Shown: positions 30,758 to 44,420 of the stretch, piece after piece
Position numbering within the stretch: the stretch's first letter is position 1
Layout: each line of letters starts with the position of its first letter
NCBI GenBank assembly: GCA_965279525.1
Contig: CBDIIB010000005.1
Coordinates: forward strand, 1,407,018 to 1,471,017
Direction of reading: 5' to 3'
DNA: 64,000 nt
Source of the DNA: Tagaea sp.
GTDB taxonomy: Bacteria; Pseudomonadota; Alphaproteobacteria; CACIAM-22H2
Made by a program: the position numbers and the translations under genes
Notes under the pieces: generated by a model
Database searches by the model: none
What the model was told of the DNA's origin: nothing
Seen by the model: only the letters and a program-made list of their open reading frames with translations

Positions 30758-32056
30758 ATGCCCAGTCTCGAGATTGCCGGCCTTCTCATCGTCCTGATGT
30801 TCGTCATCCTCGGCTCCGGCGTGTGGATAGGTCTCGCCCTGCTGGGCACGGGCTGGCTGGCGATGGAGCTTTTCACGGGCCGCCCGGTCGGCACGTCGAT
30901 GGTGACCACGATCTGGGGGACCGCCTCGTCGTGGACATTGACGGCCCTGCCGATGTTCATCTGGATGGGCGAGATCCTGTTCCGCACGCGCCTGTCGCAG
31001 GACATGTTCCGCGGCCTCGCCCCGTGGATGCAGGCGCTGCCCGGCCGCCTGCTGCACACCAACGTCATCGGCTGCACGATCTTTGCCGCGATCTCCGGTT
31101 CGTCGGCGGCGACCTGCGCCACCATCGGCAAGATGTCGATTCCGGAGCTGCGCCGGCGCGGTTATCCCGAGAGCATGATCGTGGGCACGCTGGCGGGATC
31201 GGGCACGCTCGGCCTGCTGATCCCGCCCTCGCTGATCATGATCGTCTACGGCGTGCAGACCAACGTGTCGATCGCCCAGCTTTTCATCGCCGGGATCGTG
31301 CCGGGACTGGCGCTTGCCGGCCTGTTCATGGCCTGGGTCGTCGTCTGGTCGCTGTTCAATGCCGAAAAGATACCGCCGGCCGACCTGCGCATGACGTTTC
31401 TCCAGAAGGTCTATGCCGCCCGCTACCTGCTGCCGTCGGTCAGCCTGATCGTGATCGTGCTCGGCTCGATCTATGCCGGCCTCGCGACCGCCACCGAAGC
31501 GGCGGCGGTGGGCGTCGCCGGCGCGCTGCTGGTCTCGACGCTCCAGGGCGACATGAACCTGAAGGTCTTCAAGGAAAGCCTGATGGGCGCCACCCGGCTT
31601 TCCTGCATGATCGCCTTCATCCTCGCCGGCGCCTCGTTCCTGACGCTGGCGATGGGGTTCACGGGTCTGCCGCGGGCGCTGGCCGAATGGATCGACGCGC
31701 TCGATCTGGGGCCGGGGATGCTCATCGTCATCCTGACGGTGTTCTATGCGATCCTCGGCTGCTTTCTCGACGGGATCTCGATGGTCGTGCTGACCATGGC
31801 GGTCGTCATGCCGACGATCGAGCGGGCCGGCTTCGACCTGGTCTGGTTCGGCATCTTCATCGTCATCGTCGTCGAAATGGCCCAGATCACCCCGCCGGTC
31901 GGCTTCAACCTGTTCGTCCTGCAGGGCATGACCGGACACCAGATCACCTATATCGGCTGGGTCGCCTTCCCGTTCTTCCTGCTGATGTGCCTGATGGTCG
32001 CCCTGTTGTTCTTCGTGCCCGATCTGGCGCTCTGGCTGCCCAAAAAGATGATGTGA
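30758..32056 (+). CDS. dctM: TRAP transporter large permease (DctM)
   Basis: The 432-aa polytopic membrane protein has DctM-family architecture. Confidence 0.85.
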   Translation: MPSLEIAGLLIVLMFVILGSGVWIGLALLGTGWLAMELFTGRPVGTSMVTTIWGTASSWTLTALPMFIWMGEILFRTRLSQDMFRGLAPWMQALPGRLLHTNVIGCTIFAAISGSSAATCATIGKMSIPELRRRGYPESMIVGTLAGSGTLGLLIPPSLIMIVYGVQTNVSIAQLFIAGIVPGLALAGLFMAWVVVWSLFNAEKIPPADLRMTFLQKVYAARYLLPSVSLIVIVLGSIYAGLATATEAAAVGVAGALLVSTLQGDMNLKVFKESLMGATRLSCMIAFILAGASFLTLAMGFTGLPRALAEWIDALDLGPGMLIVILTVFYAILGCFLDGISMVVLTMAVVMPTIERAGFDLVWFGIFIVIVVEMAQITPPVGFNLFVLQGMTGHQITYIGWVAFPFFLLMCLMVALLFFVPDLALWLPKKMM

Positions 32057-32150
32057 AGCGCCTGCCGGGCAGCCGCCATGCCGATTCGGCGGATGACGTT
32101 CGCGCGTTCCCGCGTTAGAACCGGAGGGTCCTCCGTTTTAGGCGTGCGCA

Positions 32151-33164
32151 ATGGCGCGACTGGGTCGACGACAGGTGCTGGCCGGGTTGGGAAGTGCTGC
32201 GGCACTGGCGGGATACCTGCGTCCGGCCGCCGCCCAGGACGCCAATTTCTTCCGGATCGCCTCCGGCCCCACCGAATCGAGCATGTTCCAGGTCGCCTCG
32301 CTGATCGGCCAGGCCGTCAGCTCGCCCCCCGGTTCGCGGGACTGCGCGCGCGGCGGCCCCTGCGGCGTGCCCGGGCTGATCGTCGTCAACCAGACGACGG
32401 CAGGCTCGCTCGCCAATATCGATCTGGTCGCCAACGGACGCATCGATTCGGCTCTCTGCCAGGCGGATCTCGCCTATTGGGCGTTCCACGGCTCGGGGCC
32501 ATGGGCACGGCGCGATGCGGTGAAGAACCTGCGCGCGATCGCCAATCTCTATCCCGAGACCCTGCATCTGGTGGTCCGGCGCGCGGCCGGCATTGCCGAC
32601 GTGAAGGCCCTTCGCGGCAAGGCCGTGGCGCTGGGCGAACGGGAATCGGGCACGGCGATCGCCGCCCGCGCGGTGCTGCAGGCGGCGGGGCTTGGCGAGC
32701 GGGACGTGCGCGCGCAGTACGTGACGGCCGCCCAGGCGGTCGAGGCGATGGCGGAGAACAAGCTCGACGCCTTCTTCCTGACCGCCGGCGTGCCTTCGCA
32801 GTTCATCGCCGACCTTGCCGAGCAGTTCGAGATCGCGATCCTGCCGCTCAACGCCCATGCCGCGCGCCTTCGCGCCACGCAGCCCTTCCTGACCGAATCG
32901 GTCATCCCGGCCGGGAGCTATCGCGGCGTGCCGGTGGTGCTGTCGCTGTCGATCGGCATCGTCTGGATCGTGGGCGAGTCGGCCGACGAGCAGATCGTGC
33001 ACGGGCTGACGCGCGCCCTCTGGCATCCGAACAACCGGCGCACGCTCGACGCCAATGCCGGGATCGGCCGGTTCCTGCGCCCTGAATCGGCGATCGACGG
33101 ACTGGGCTTCCAGCTCCATCCCGGTGCGGCACTTTATTATACGGAAAGCGGCCTGCTGCGCTGA
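32151..33164 (+). CDS. TAXI-family TRAP-transporter solute receptor (orphan)
   Basis: It has a signal peptide plus TAXI motifs (FFRIASGPTESSMFQVASLIGQ ... TAGSLANIDLV ... ALYYTESG). Confidence 0.75.
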   Translation: MARLGRRQVLAGLGSAAALAGYLRPAAAQDANFFRIASGPTESSMFQVASLIGQAVSSPPGSRDCARGGPCGVPGLIVVNQTTAGSLANIDLVANGRIDSALCQADLAYWAFHGSGPWARRDAVKNLRAIANLYPETLHLVVRRAAGIADVKALRGKAVALGERESGTAIAARAVLQAAGLGERDVRAQYVTAAQAVEAMAENKLDAFFLTAGVPSQFIADLAEQFEIAILPLNAHAARLRATQPFLTESVIPAGSYRGVPVVLSLSIGIVWIVGESADEQIVHGLTRALWHPNNRRTLDANAGIGRFLRPESAIDGLGFQLHPGAALYYTESGLLR

Positions 33165-33177
33165 AGGCGGCGGTGTC

Positions 33178-33903
33178 TCAGTCCTCGGCCGCAACGTGCC
33201 CTGCGCGCGCGCGCAGGGCTTCGAGCACCATGCGCCAGTGGCCGACGCCCGGCCGGTCGCCACGCGTCTCGGCGATGTCGAGCTGCTGGCCCGCATAAGG
33301 CCGCGCCTTGGCGCCGAGGCGATCGGCGATCAGGCTGGCGGCCCGCGCGGCCGCCAGCCAACGCGCATCGCAGCCGAACGTGTCGAATGCCGGGTCCGGT
33401 TCCCGGATGGGTGCGCCCCGCCGGTGCAGCTGCACGACCAGATACTCGAAAGGCACAGGCAGACCCGCCTCGGCCGTTCCCGGCAGCAGCAGGCCCGGGC
33501 GATCCGCCAGATGCGCCACGAGCGCCTGTCCGGTCCCGCGCGACTCCGCGACGATCTCCAGCCGGTCGATCTGCGACCATGCCAGGGGCGGCAGATCGGC
33601 GGCCGCGTCGTGGATGCCATGGCGGTCGAACGCGACATAGGCGGTCAACCCGCGCGTCGTACACCAGACCAGCCCGCCCGCCGACCCCAGGACGAGCGAG
33701 GCCAGCAGCATCGGCGTCAGGTTCGCATCGACAGCGACCGACAGTCCGGCAGCCAGAAGTCCGGCGAGCGAAGCAAGGCCGACCGCCAGGCGGGTCGTGC
33801 GGCGTAGCGGTCGCACGCGGATGCGCATTCCATCCTCGGGAAGGTCCAGTTCGAGGGCGGACTGTTCGCGGCCGGTTGCCGGTGCTTGCGGCGGGGAAAT
33901 CAT
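33178..33903 (-). CDS. Hypothetical two-TM membrane protein (possible bacterial PH-domain protein)
   Basis: The 241-aa protein has hydrophobic segments LAVGLASLAGLLAAGLSVAV and MLLASLVLGSAGGLVW. Its ATG overlaps the GST stop as ATGA. Confidence 0.45.
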   Translation of the reverse strand: MISPPQAPATGREQSALELDLPEDGMRIRVRPLRRTTRLAVGLASLAGLLAAGLSVAVDANLTPMLLASLVLGSAGGLVWCTTRGLTAYVAFDRHGIHDAAADLPPLAWSQIDRLEIVAESRGTGQALVAHLADRPGLLLPGTAEAGLPVPFEYLVVQLHRRGAPIREPDPAFDTFGCDARWLAAARAASLIADRLGAKARPYAGQQLDIAETRGDRPGVGHWRMVLEALRARAGHVAAED

Positions 33904-34568
33904 CGAGCCCGATCCGGATCCTCGTATTTCGCGATCGTCCATGGTTCGGCTTCGGCGGCCTTGACCCATTCGATCATGAAGGGATGGGTCCAGACGGCCT
34001 CGACATAGGCCTTCGTCGCCGGTGCGATTTCCGGCTCCCACGTCCGCAGGCGCGCCACGACCGGGGCATACATCGCATCGGCAAAGCCGAACCTTGCCCC
34101 GAAAAGGAATGGCCCGCCGGCGCCGTAGCGCTTGCGTGTATCGCCCCACAGCGCTTCGAGACGCGCGATGTCGGCAAGGGCATCCGGCGTGCCGCCCTTG
34201 CCGGGGAAACGGCGCCGCACATTCATCCACATCGCCTTGCGAAGCTCGCCGAAGCCGGCGTGCATTTCTGCGGAGATCGAGCGTGCGTACGCCCGCGCCG
34301 CGGCATCCGCTGGCCAGAAAGCAGCGGGGGAGAGTTCTGCCAGATGCTCGCCGATCGCCAGCGACTCCCACAGGGGTGCGCCATCCACCGTCACATAGGG
34401 AACCTTGCCCGTCGGGCTGCGCGCGGCGATCCATGCCTTCCAGTCTGGCGTGTCCATCGGATGGACTTCCTCGCGGAACGGCAGGCCGGTGAGCTTGCAG
34501 GCGAGCCAGCCGCGCAAGGACCACGACGAATAGGCCTTGTTGCCGAGATAGATCACGATGTCGGGCAT
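33900..34568 (-). CDS. Glutathione S-transferase
   Basis: It has a thioredoxin-like N-domain (IYLGNKAYSSWSLRGWLA) and a GST C-terminal domain. The start is at the internal Met of ORF 33900-34586. Confidence 0.8.
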   Translation of the reverse strand: MPDIVIYLGNKAYSSWSLRGWLACKLTGLPFREEVHPMDTPDWKAWIAARSPTGKVPYVTVDGAPLWESLAIGEHLAELSPAAFWPADAAARAYARSISAEMHAGFGELRKAMWMNVRRRFPGKGGTPDALADIARLEALWGDTRKRYGAGGPFLFGARFGFADAMYAPVVARLRTWEPEIAPATKAYVEAVWTHPFMIEWVKAAEAEPWTIAKYEDPDRAR

Positions 34569-34615
34569 GGCCCGGAGCCTCCACAAATCTTACGCGAAGG
34601 CGCAGCTTTCCAGTC

Positions 34616-36085
<1,470 letters not shown>

Positions 36086-36102
36086 CGGTGCTTGCCCGGC
36101 GT

Positions 36103-36537
36103 TCAGAGCCGGGCGAGATCCTCGATCGCGTCCAGCACCATGCCTGTCCCGGCGGCGATGAGCAGGACGTCGAGGCCGACACGGACCAGCTTCGCGCCGA
36201 TCGGCACGTCGAGCCGGGAGCGCAGGTCGGACGGCAGATCGAAAAAGACGACGTCGCCGGGCAGACGTTGCCCCTTGGCCCATTTCTTCGCCTGCCCGGG
36301 CGGCTGGCAGCCGTTGTTCTTCTTGGCAAGACCGGGCGGGCACCGGCCGCTCTTCAGCACCGAGCCGAAATATTCGCGTATCAGCGCCTGGTCGGACGCG
36401 CCGATGGTGATGCTGACCGACGTGCCTTGGGTACCTGCCCGCCCGGCATTTCCCTTGCCGCGGCCGGGCTGGTCGGCGAAGGCCGACCCGGCAACAAGCA
36501 GCGCAAGCGCAAGCATCGCGGCGAATGACTTCGGCAT
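36103..36537 (-). CDS. RcnB/YohN-like periplasmic protein
   Basis: A signal peptide is followed by the C-terminal pattern G.RLP ... PPG ... WvRvG.DvlLIAaaTG.VlDai, typical of the RcnB family. Confidence 0.5.
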   Translation of the reverse strand: MPKSFAAMLALALLVAGSAFADQPGRGKGNAGRAGTQGTSVSITIGASDQALIREYFGSVLKSGRCPPGLAKKNNGCQPPGQAKKWAKGQRLPGDVVFFDLPSDLRSRLDVPIGAKLVRVGLDVLLIAAGTGMVLDAIEDLARL

Positions 36538-36683
36538 GGTGTCTCCTCGCTCCTCGGAGCGTCAACTGGCCGGAATAGAACGTATCTGCCGCGACTTTGT
36601 TCCGGCGGGAACGGTCGCGGCATCGATGCCGGGAATTTGCGTTCGCCTGGGATCAGGCGGGCGTCTGCGTGCCGGTCCGCGCC

Positions 36684-37673
36684 TCAGCGCGTCAGGCTCC
36701 ACTCCGAATCCTGCGGGAAGTGGCGGGCGATGAAACGGTAGGTAATGCGCACGAGCTTGTCCATGCGGCCGTCGCGCTCGAGCGCCACGCCTTCCCATGC
36801 GACGAGGATCTCGTCCCACAGCATGAAGCGCTGGTGCAGCTCGTCGCGCTTCGAGCGGATGTAGTTGATCGTCTCGCGCAGGCGCTTCAGCGCGTTGAAG
36901 ACTTCGCCCGTGTTGGCGTCGATCTGCAGGAAGATGCCGGAAATGTCCTCGACCGGCTTCTTCATCAGGATGCGGATGCGGCCGACTTCGTCCTGCACGC
37001 CGCGCTCGCGCTTGTAGGCCGCGAACAGCACGTTGAAGCCGCCATAGATCTTCTGGATCTTCTGGAAGCGCTCGCGCAGGGCCTCGATATAGGACGTCTC
37101 GCGCGCCAGCTGCTCGATCATCTCGACGATCTGGTTCTTGTTGGCGCGCCCGAGACCGAGCTTCTCGGCCAGAAGCTCGAAGGCTTCCTGGATCTTCTTC
37201 TTGGTTTCCGGGTTGTTGGCGAGCCCGTCCAGCTCGGTACCGTCGCCGACCTCGACCGGCTTGCCCGACATCCAGCTGATGATCTGCATGGAGATGCGTG
37301 CGTTGGCGCGCGCGATATGGTGCGGTTCGACGCGCCACGAGGCCGTGCCGTCGAGGATCTCGGCCGGGATGCAGTCGCCGGGCAGGATGCGCTTGACGAA
37401 CTTCATCGACTTCTCGGCGATGTCGAGAAGCTTGGCGTCCTCGCTGTCCTTGGGGATCTGGAACTGGATCTTGACCGCTTCGATCGGCAGGGCGGCCATG
37501 ATGTCGCCCAGCGGCACGTGCAGGCAGACCGAATCGCCATCCTTGCCGAATCCGAAATACGCCCCCTTCACCTGGAAGACCGCATGGTCGAAGGAAAAGA
37601 CCTTCGACTTGTCGGCTTTCTTGGGTGGAGGAAGTTCGCTTGGAACTTCCGCTTTTGCTTCGGCCTCAGACAT
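36684..37673 (-). CDS. Conserved hypothetical cytoplasmic protein (no recognisable domain)
   Basis: This is a 329-aa hydrophilic ORF predicted to be helical, with host-like codon usage and no TM segment or signal peptide. Confidence 0.5.
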   Translation of the reverse strand: MSEAEAKAEVPSELPPPKKADKSKVFSFDHAVFQVKGAYFGFGKDGDSVCLHVPLGDIMAALPIEAVKIQFQIPKDSEDAKLLDIAEKSMKFVKRILPGDCIPAEILDGTASWRVEPHHIARANARISMQIISWMSGKPVEVGDGTELDGLANNPETKKKIQEAFELLAEKLGLGRANKNQIVEMIEQLARETSYIEALRERFQKIQKIYGGFNVLFAAYKRERGVQDEVGRIRILMKKPVEDISGIFLQIDANTGEVFNALKRLRETINYIRSKRDELHQRFMLWDEILVAWEGVALERDGRMDKLVRITYRFIARHFPQDSEWSLTR

Positions 37674-37754
37674 CAGGACTGACGATTTTCTCCGCTATGA
37701 CGAGGATATAGCCCCCTTTTTGCCTTGGTACAATGCCGCGCCGCCGGTGCCCGT

Positions 37755-38680
37755 TCAATAGCCGTTGGCCCGGTCGACGCGGTTGAGCAGCGGCTGCCCG
37801 GCAATAAAGCGGCGGATATTGTCGACGACCTGCGGGACGGCCGTGCGCGGATCGGTCAGGCTTGCAATATGCGGGGTCAGCGTGACCTGCGGATGGCTCC
37901 AGTAGGGGTGTCCGGCAGGGAGCGGCTCGGGCGACGTCACGTCGAGGGTGGCATGCGCCAAATGGCCGCTGTCGAGGGCCGAAAGCAGGTCGCCGTCCAC
38001 GACATGGCCGCCGCGGGCGATGTTGACGACATACGCACCCTTCGGCAGTGCGGCAAAGGCGCGGGCGTCGAGGACACCCCTTGTGGCGTCGGTCAGCGGC
38101 AGCACGCAGATCAGGATGTCGGTGCGCGCCAGGAAAGGCTGCCAGCCCATGGCGCCCGCGAAAGACGCGATCCCCGGGATTGTATGTCCGCCGCGCGACC
38201 AGCCGGCGACATCGAATCCGAGGCCGGCGATCGCCCGGGCAATGGCCCCGCCGATCTCGCCGACCCCGGCGATGCCGACGCGCCGGTTGGCGGTCGACGG
38301 CGCCTGCATCGGGTGCCAGTCGCCGGCACGCTGGAAGGCGTCGTACTCGACCATCTGCCGGTGGTAGCGCAGCGTGGCCCACAGCGCGTACTCGACCATG
38401 CCGGTCGTCAGCGAGGGATCGACGAGCCGCACGAAAGGCAGATGCGTCGGGAACTCCGGATCGCCGAGCAGGTGGTCGATGCCGGCGCCGAGCGACGAGA
38501 CGAGCTTCAGGTTCGGAAACTGGCGAAGCGTCCCCGGCGGGTACTTCCATACGGCCGCGAACTCGATCGATGCGGGATCGCCCACATCGGGGAATGCGAC
38601 GAATTCGATGTCGGGTGCCAGTTCGGCGAAGGCGGCCCGCCAGGGTTCGACGCGGTCGGTCGAGGAAATGAACAGCAGCT

Positions 38681-38684
<4 letters not shown>
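37755..38684 (-). CDS. D-isomer-specific 2-hydroxyacid dehydrogenase (GhrA-like glyoxylate/hydroxypyruvate reductase)
   Basis: It has the NAD motif IAGVGEIGGAIA and catalytic residues NIARG and HIAS. The GTG start overlaps the yejF stop as GTGA. Confidence 0.8.
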
Positions 38685-40317
<1,633 letters not shown>

Positions 40318-40321
<4 letters not shown>

Positions 40322-41358
40322 TTGTCGAGGTCGATCCGGAAGGTCTTGCGGGGGTCGAAGGCGTCGCGCACCGCCTCGCCGACGAATACCAGCAGCGACA
40401 GCATGATGGCGAGCGTGAAGAAGGCGGTAAGACCGAGCCACGGCGCGCTCAGGTTGGATTTACCCTGCGCCAGCAGTTCGCCGAGCGAGGCCGAGCCGAC
40501 CGGCAGGCCGAAGCCGAGGAAGTCGAGCGAGGTCAGCGCCACCACCGAACCCGACAAGATGAAGGGCATGAAGGTCAGCGTGGCGACCATCGCGTTGGGC
40601 AGGACATGGCGGAACATGATGAGCGCGTCGGAAGCACCCAACGCCCGCGCCGCGCGCACATAGTCGAAGTTGCGCGCGCGCAGGAACTCCGCGCGCACGA
40701 CGCCGACCAGCCCCATCCAGCCGAACAGCAGCAGCAGGCCGAGCAGCCAGCCGAAGGTCGGCTCGACGAACGCGGCGAGAATGATCAGCATGTAGAGCTG
40801 CGGCAGCCCGTCCCAGATCTCGATGAAGCGCTGGAAGGCGAGATCGACCCACCCGCCGTAATAGCCCTGGATGGCGCCGGCGATGACGCCGACGATCGAG
40901 GAAAGGATCGTCAGCGTCAGGCCGAAAAGCACCGAGATGCGGAAACCGTAGATCAGGCGCGCGACGACGTCGCGCCCCTGGTCGTCGGTTCCCAGCCAGT
41001 TTTCGGCCGATGGCGGGGCCGGGGCGGGGACCGGCAGGTCGAGATTGACGGTGCGGTAGGAGAAACGCACCGGCGGCCACAGGATCCAGCCTTTCGCATC
41101 GATCAGTGCGGCGACTTCCGGGTCGCGGTAGTCGGCCGCCGTCTCGAATTCGCCGCCGAAAGCCGTCTCCGGATAGGCTTTCGCGAACGGGAAATAGAAG
41201 GCGCCGTCGTAGCGCACGAGAACGGGCCGGTCGTTGGCGATCAGCTCGCCGGCCAGCGACAGCCCGAACAGCGCCAGGAAGATCCACAGCGACCACCAGC
41301 CGCGCCGGTTGGCGCGGAAATTCGCGAACCGCCGGCGGTTGAGCTCGTCGAGCTTCAT
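40318..41358 (-). CDS. yejE: ABC transporter permease (YejE-like, peptide/opine type)
   Basis: This is a BPD-transporter-family permease. It is the C-terminal 346 aa of a longer frame-spanning ORF, and its ATG overlaps the yejB stop as ATGA. Confidence 0.8.
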
Positions 41359-42443
41359 TGGCGCCGCTCGAAATCGATGCGCGGATCGACGAACGTGTAG
41401 GCGACGTCCGACACGATCTTCATGACGAGGCCGAGCAGCGTGAAGAAATAGAGCGTGGCGAACATCAGCGGGTAGTCGCGGTTGATCGCCGCCTCGAAGC
41501 CGAGCAGGCCCAGCCCGTCGAGCGAGAAGATGATCTCGATCAGCAGGGAGCCCGTGAAGAAGATCGATACGAGGGCGGCCGGGAAGCCGGCGATGACGAT
41601 CAGCATCGCGTTGCGGAAGACGTGCCCGTAGAGCACGCGCCGCTCGGGCAGGCCCTTGGCGCGCGCGGTGATGACGTACTGCTTGCCGATCTCGTCGAGA
41701 AACGAGTTCTTGGTGAGCATGGTGAGGCTGGCGAAACCGCCGATGGTCATCGCCAGCACCGGCAGGACCATGTGCCACGCATAGTCCAGCGCCTGGCGCC
41801 ACCAGGGCATGTCCGCGAACCCTTCCGAAACGAGCCCGCGCAGCGGGAAGATGTCGAAGAACCGTCCGCCCGCGAACAGCACGATCAGCAGCACCGCGAA
41901 CAGGAAGCTCGGGATCGCGTAGCCCACGATGATGGCGCCGGACGTCCACACGTCGAAGCGCGTGCCGTCGCGCACGGCCTTGCGGATGCCCAGCGGGATC
42001 GACACGAGATAGACGATCAGCGTCGTCCACAGGCCCAGCGACAGCGAGACCGGCATCTTCTCGAGAACGAGGTCGACGATCGGCCGGTCCTTGAAGAACG
42101 AGCGGCCGAAATCGAATGTCGCGTACTTGCCGAGCATGGTGAGGAAACGCTCGACCGGCGGCCTGTCGAAGCCGAACTCGCGCTCGAGCTCCTTGATGAG
42201 CGCCGGGTCGATGCCGCGCGCCCCCCGGTAGCCCTGCTCGCCGGCGCGGGTCTCGCGCACCTGCACTTCCGAGCCGCCGCCGGAAACGCGCAAGGTCGGA
42301 TCGGTCGACACGCCGCGCAGCTCGGCCAGCACCACGTCGATCGGGCCGCCCGGTGCGGCCTGGATGATCGCGAAATTGACGACCATGATGCCCAGCAGCG
42401 TGGGCACGATCAGCAGCAGGCGTCGGAAGAGGTAGCCGATCAT
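41355..42443 (-). CDS. yejB: ABC transporter permease (YejB-like)
   Basis: [26 protein letters not shown] is a typical DppB/YejB N-terminus. Confidence 0.85.
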   Translation of the reverse strand: MIGYLFRRLLLIVPTLLGIMVVNFAIIQAAPGGPIDVVLAELRGVSTDPTLRVSGGGSEVQVRETRAGEQGYRGARGIDPALIKELEREFGFDRPPVERFLTMLGKYATFDFGRSFFKDRPIVDLVLEKMPVSLSLGLWTTLIVYLVSIPLGIRKAVRDGTRFDVWTSGAIIVGYAIPSFLFAVLLIVLFAGGRFFDIFPLRGLVSEGFADMPWWRQALDYAWHMVLPVLAMTIGGFASLTMLTKNSFLDEIGKQYVITARAKGLPERRVLYGHVFRNAMLIVIAGFPAALVSIFFTGSLLIEIIFSLDGLGLLGFEAAINRDYPLMFATLYFFTLLGLVMKIVSDVAYTFVDPRIDFERRQ

Positions 42444-42452
42444 GCGTCTGCG

Positions 42453-44294
42453 TTACCGGCCGCGGCGCGCGCGAAGGGCGGCATCCTTGGCCGGGTCGAC
42501 CCACCAGGCCGTCCAGTCGTAACCGTTCTTGCTGGCCGTGGCAGGCCAGCCGAACCGGTCCCAGGCGGCCACGCGGTCGACGGCCATGTACCAGTTCGGG
42601 ATCACCCAATGGCCCCACTGCAGCGTGCGGTCGAGTGCGCGCGTGCGCTGGACAAGGCTCTCGCGGTCGGGAGCCGCGATCAGCAGCTCGACGAGCTCGT
42701 CGACGACGGGATCCTTGATGCCGACCGAGTTGCGCGAACCTTTCTGGTCGGCGCGGTCGGAACTCCAGAACTCGCGCTGCTCGTTGCCCGGCGACTCCGA
42801 CTGGCCCCAGCCGCCGACGATCATGTCGTAGTCGAAATCGTCGGTCCGGCTCTGGTACTGCGCGACGTCGATGCTGCGGATGCGCGCGTCGATGCCCAAG
42901 CGCTTGAGGTTCGCCACGAACGGGCCCAGCACGCGCTCGAAGGCGCTCTGGTTCTGGTAGATCAGGATCTCGAAGCCCATCTGCCGTCCGCTTGCGTCGA
43001 CCAGCTTCTGGTCGGCGATCCGCCAGCCGGCTTCGCGCAGCAGGCGCGTGGCTTCGCGGATGCCGTCGCGGATGTTGCCGGTCCCGTCCGTCTTCGGCGG
43101 CTGGTATTCGGTCGTGAAGATCTCCGGCGGCAGCTTGTCCTTGAAGCGCTCGAGGATCGCCTTTTCCTCGCCCTGCGGCAGCCCGCGCGCGGCAAGGTCG
43201 GAGTTGTCGAAATAGCTGCGCGTGCGCGTGTAGGAGTCGAAGAACAGGTTCTTGTTCGACCACTCGAAGTCGAACGCGTACCCCAGTGCCTGGCGCACGC
43301 GCCGGTCGTCGAAGGGCTTGCGCCGCGCGTTCATGACCAGCGCCTGCATGCCGGCCACGCGCTTTTCCGGGATCTCGATCTTGCGGAACAGCCCGTCGCG
43401 GAAGGCCGGCGTGTCATAGCCCTGCGCCCAGATGCGCGCGGTATTCTCCGCGCGCAGGTCGTAGTTGCCGGCAAGGAAGGCTTCCTGCGCGATGGTCGGA
43501 TCGCGGAACCATTCGTAGCGCAGCACGTCGAAATTATACCGGCCGCGGTTCGTCGCGAGATCGCGCGCCCAGTGATCTGCCACGCGGCGCAGGGCCACGG
43601 TGCGGCCCAGCTCGAAGCTCTCGATGCGGTAGGGGCCCGAGCCCAGCGGCGGCTCGGTCAGCGGCCGGTCGAACTCCTTGCCCTCCCACCATTTGCGCGA
43701 CAGCACGGGAACCTGGCCGACGATCAGCGCCAGCTCGCGGTTCACGCCGCTGCCGAAGACGAAGCGCACCTTGCGCGGCCCCGTCTTCTCCACCTTCGCG
43801 ACGTCGGCGTAGTAGGCGCGGTAGAACGGCCGGCCCTTGGACTTCAGCGTCTCGAATGTCCAGATGACGTCTTCGGGCTCGATGGCCGATCCGTCGTGGA
43901 ACCGCGCGCCGGGGCGAAGGGCAAACTCGACCCACGAGCGGTCGGCCGGTGTCTCGACCGTTTCGCAGATCAGGCAGTACATCGTGAAGGGCTCGTCGTC
44001 GGAGCCGACCATCAGCGTCTCGATCGTGAGGCCGACAACGCCCGAGGCCACGCCGCGGATGATCCACGGATTGAAGCTGTCGAAGGTGCCCACCGCGTGC
44101 TGGCGCACGTCGCCGCCCTTGGGGGCATCTGGATTGACGTGGTCGAAATTCCGGAAGCCGGCGGGATACTTGATGTCGCCGTGCATGGCGATCGCGTGCT
44201 TGGGGCCGGTGCCCGGCGCAAGGGTCTGGGCGCCCGCCGGCAGGGCGAACGACAGGGTCAGGGCGGCGGCAAGCAGGGGCAGGCGGACGGTCAA
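42453..44294 (-). CDS. yejA: Extracytoplasmic solute-binding protein, family 5 (YejA-like)
   Basis: The mature part is about 610 aa. A TTG start is inferred downstream of a GGGAG RBS, giving the signal peptide (M)TVRLPLLAAALTLSFALPAGAQT. Confidence 0.75.
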   Translation of the reverse strand: MTVRLPLLAAALTLSFALPAGAQTLAPGTGPKHAIAMHGDIKYPAGFRNFDHVNPDAPKGGDVRQHAVGTFDSFNPWIIRGVASGVVGLTIETLMVGSDDEPFTMYCLICETVETPADRSWVEFALRPGARFHDGSAIEPEDVIWTFETLKSKGRPFYRAYYADVAKVEKTGPRKVRFVFGSGVNRELALIVGQVPVLSRKWWEGKEFDRPLTEPPLGSGPYRIESFELGRTVALRRVADHWARDLATNRGRYNFDVLRYEWFRDPTIAQEAFLAGNYDLRAENTARIWAQGYDTPAFRDGLFRKIEIPEKRVAGMQALVMNARRKPFDDRRVRQALGYAFDFEWSNKNLFFDSYTRTRSYFDNSDLAARGLPQGEEKAILERFKDKLPPEIFTTEYQPPKTDGTGNIRDGIREATRLLREAGWRIADQKLVDASGRQMGFEILIYQNQSAFERVLGPFVANLKRLGIDARIRSIDVAQYQSRTDDFDYDMIVGGWGQSESPGNEQREFWSSDRADQKGSRNSVGIKDPVVDELVELLIAAPDRESLVQRTRALDRTLQWGHWVIPNWYMAVDRVAAWDRFGWPATASKNGYDWTAWWVDPAKDAALRARRGR

Positions 44295-44420
44295 GGCAAA
44301 GCTCCCTCGGGGCACGCAGGCGTTCCTTGTATCATGGCGCGAATGCACGGCAAAAAAAGGGCCGAATTGCATTCCCGGGGTATGCCATGCGACTTTCCGG
44401 GGCGGAGGAACTGCCCGGAA

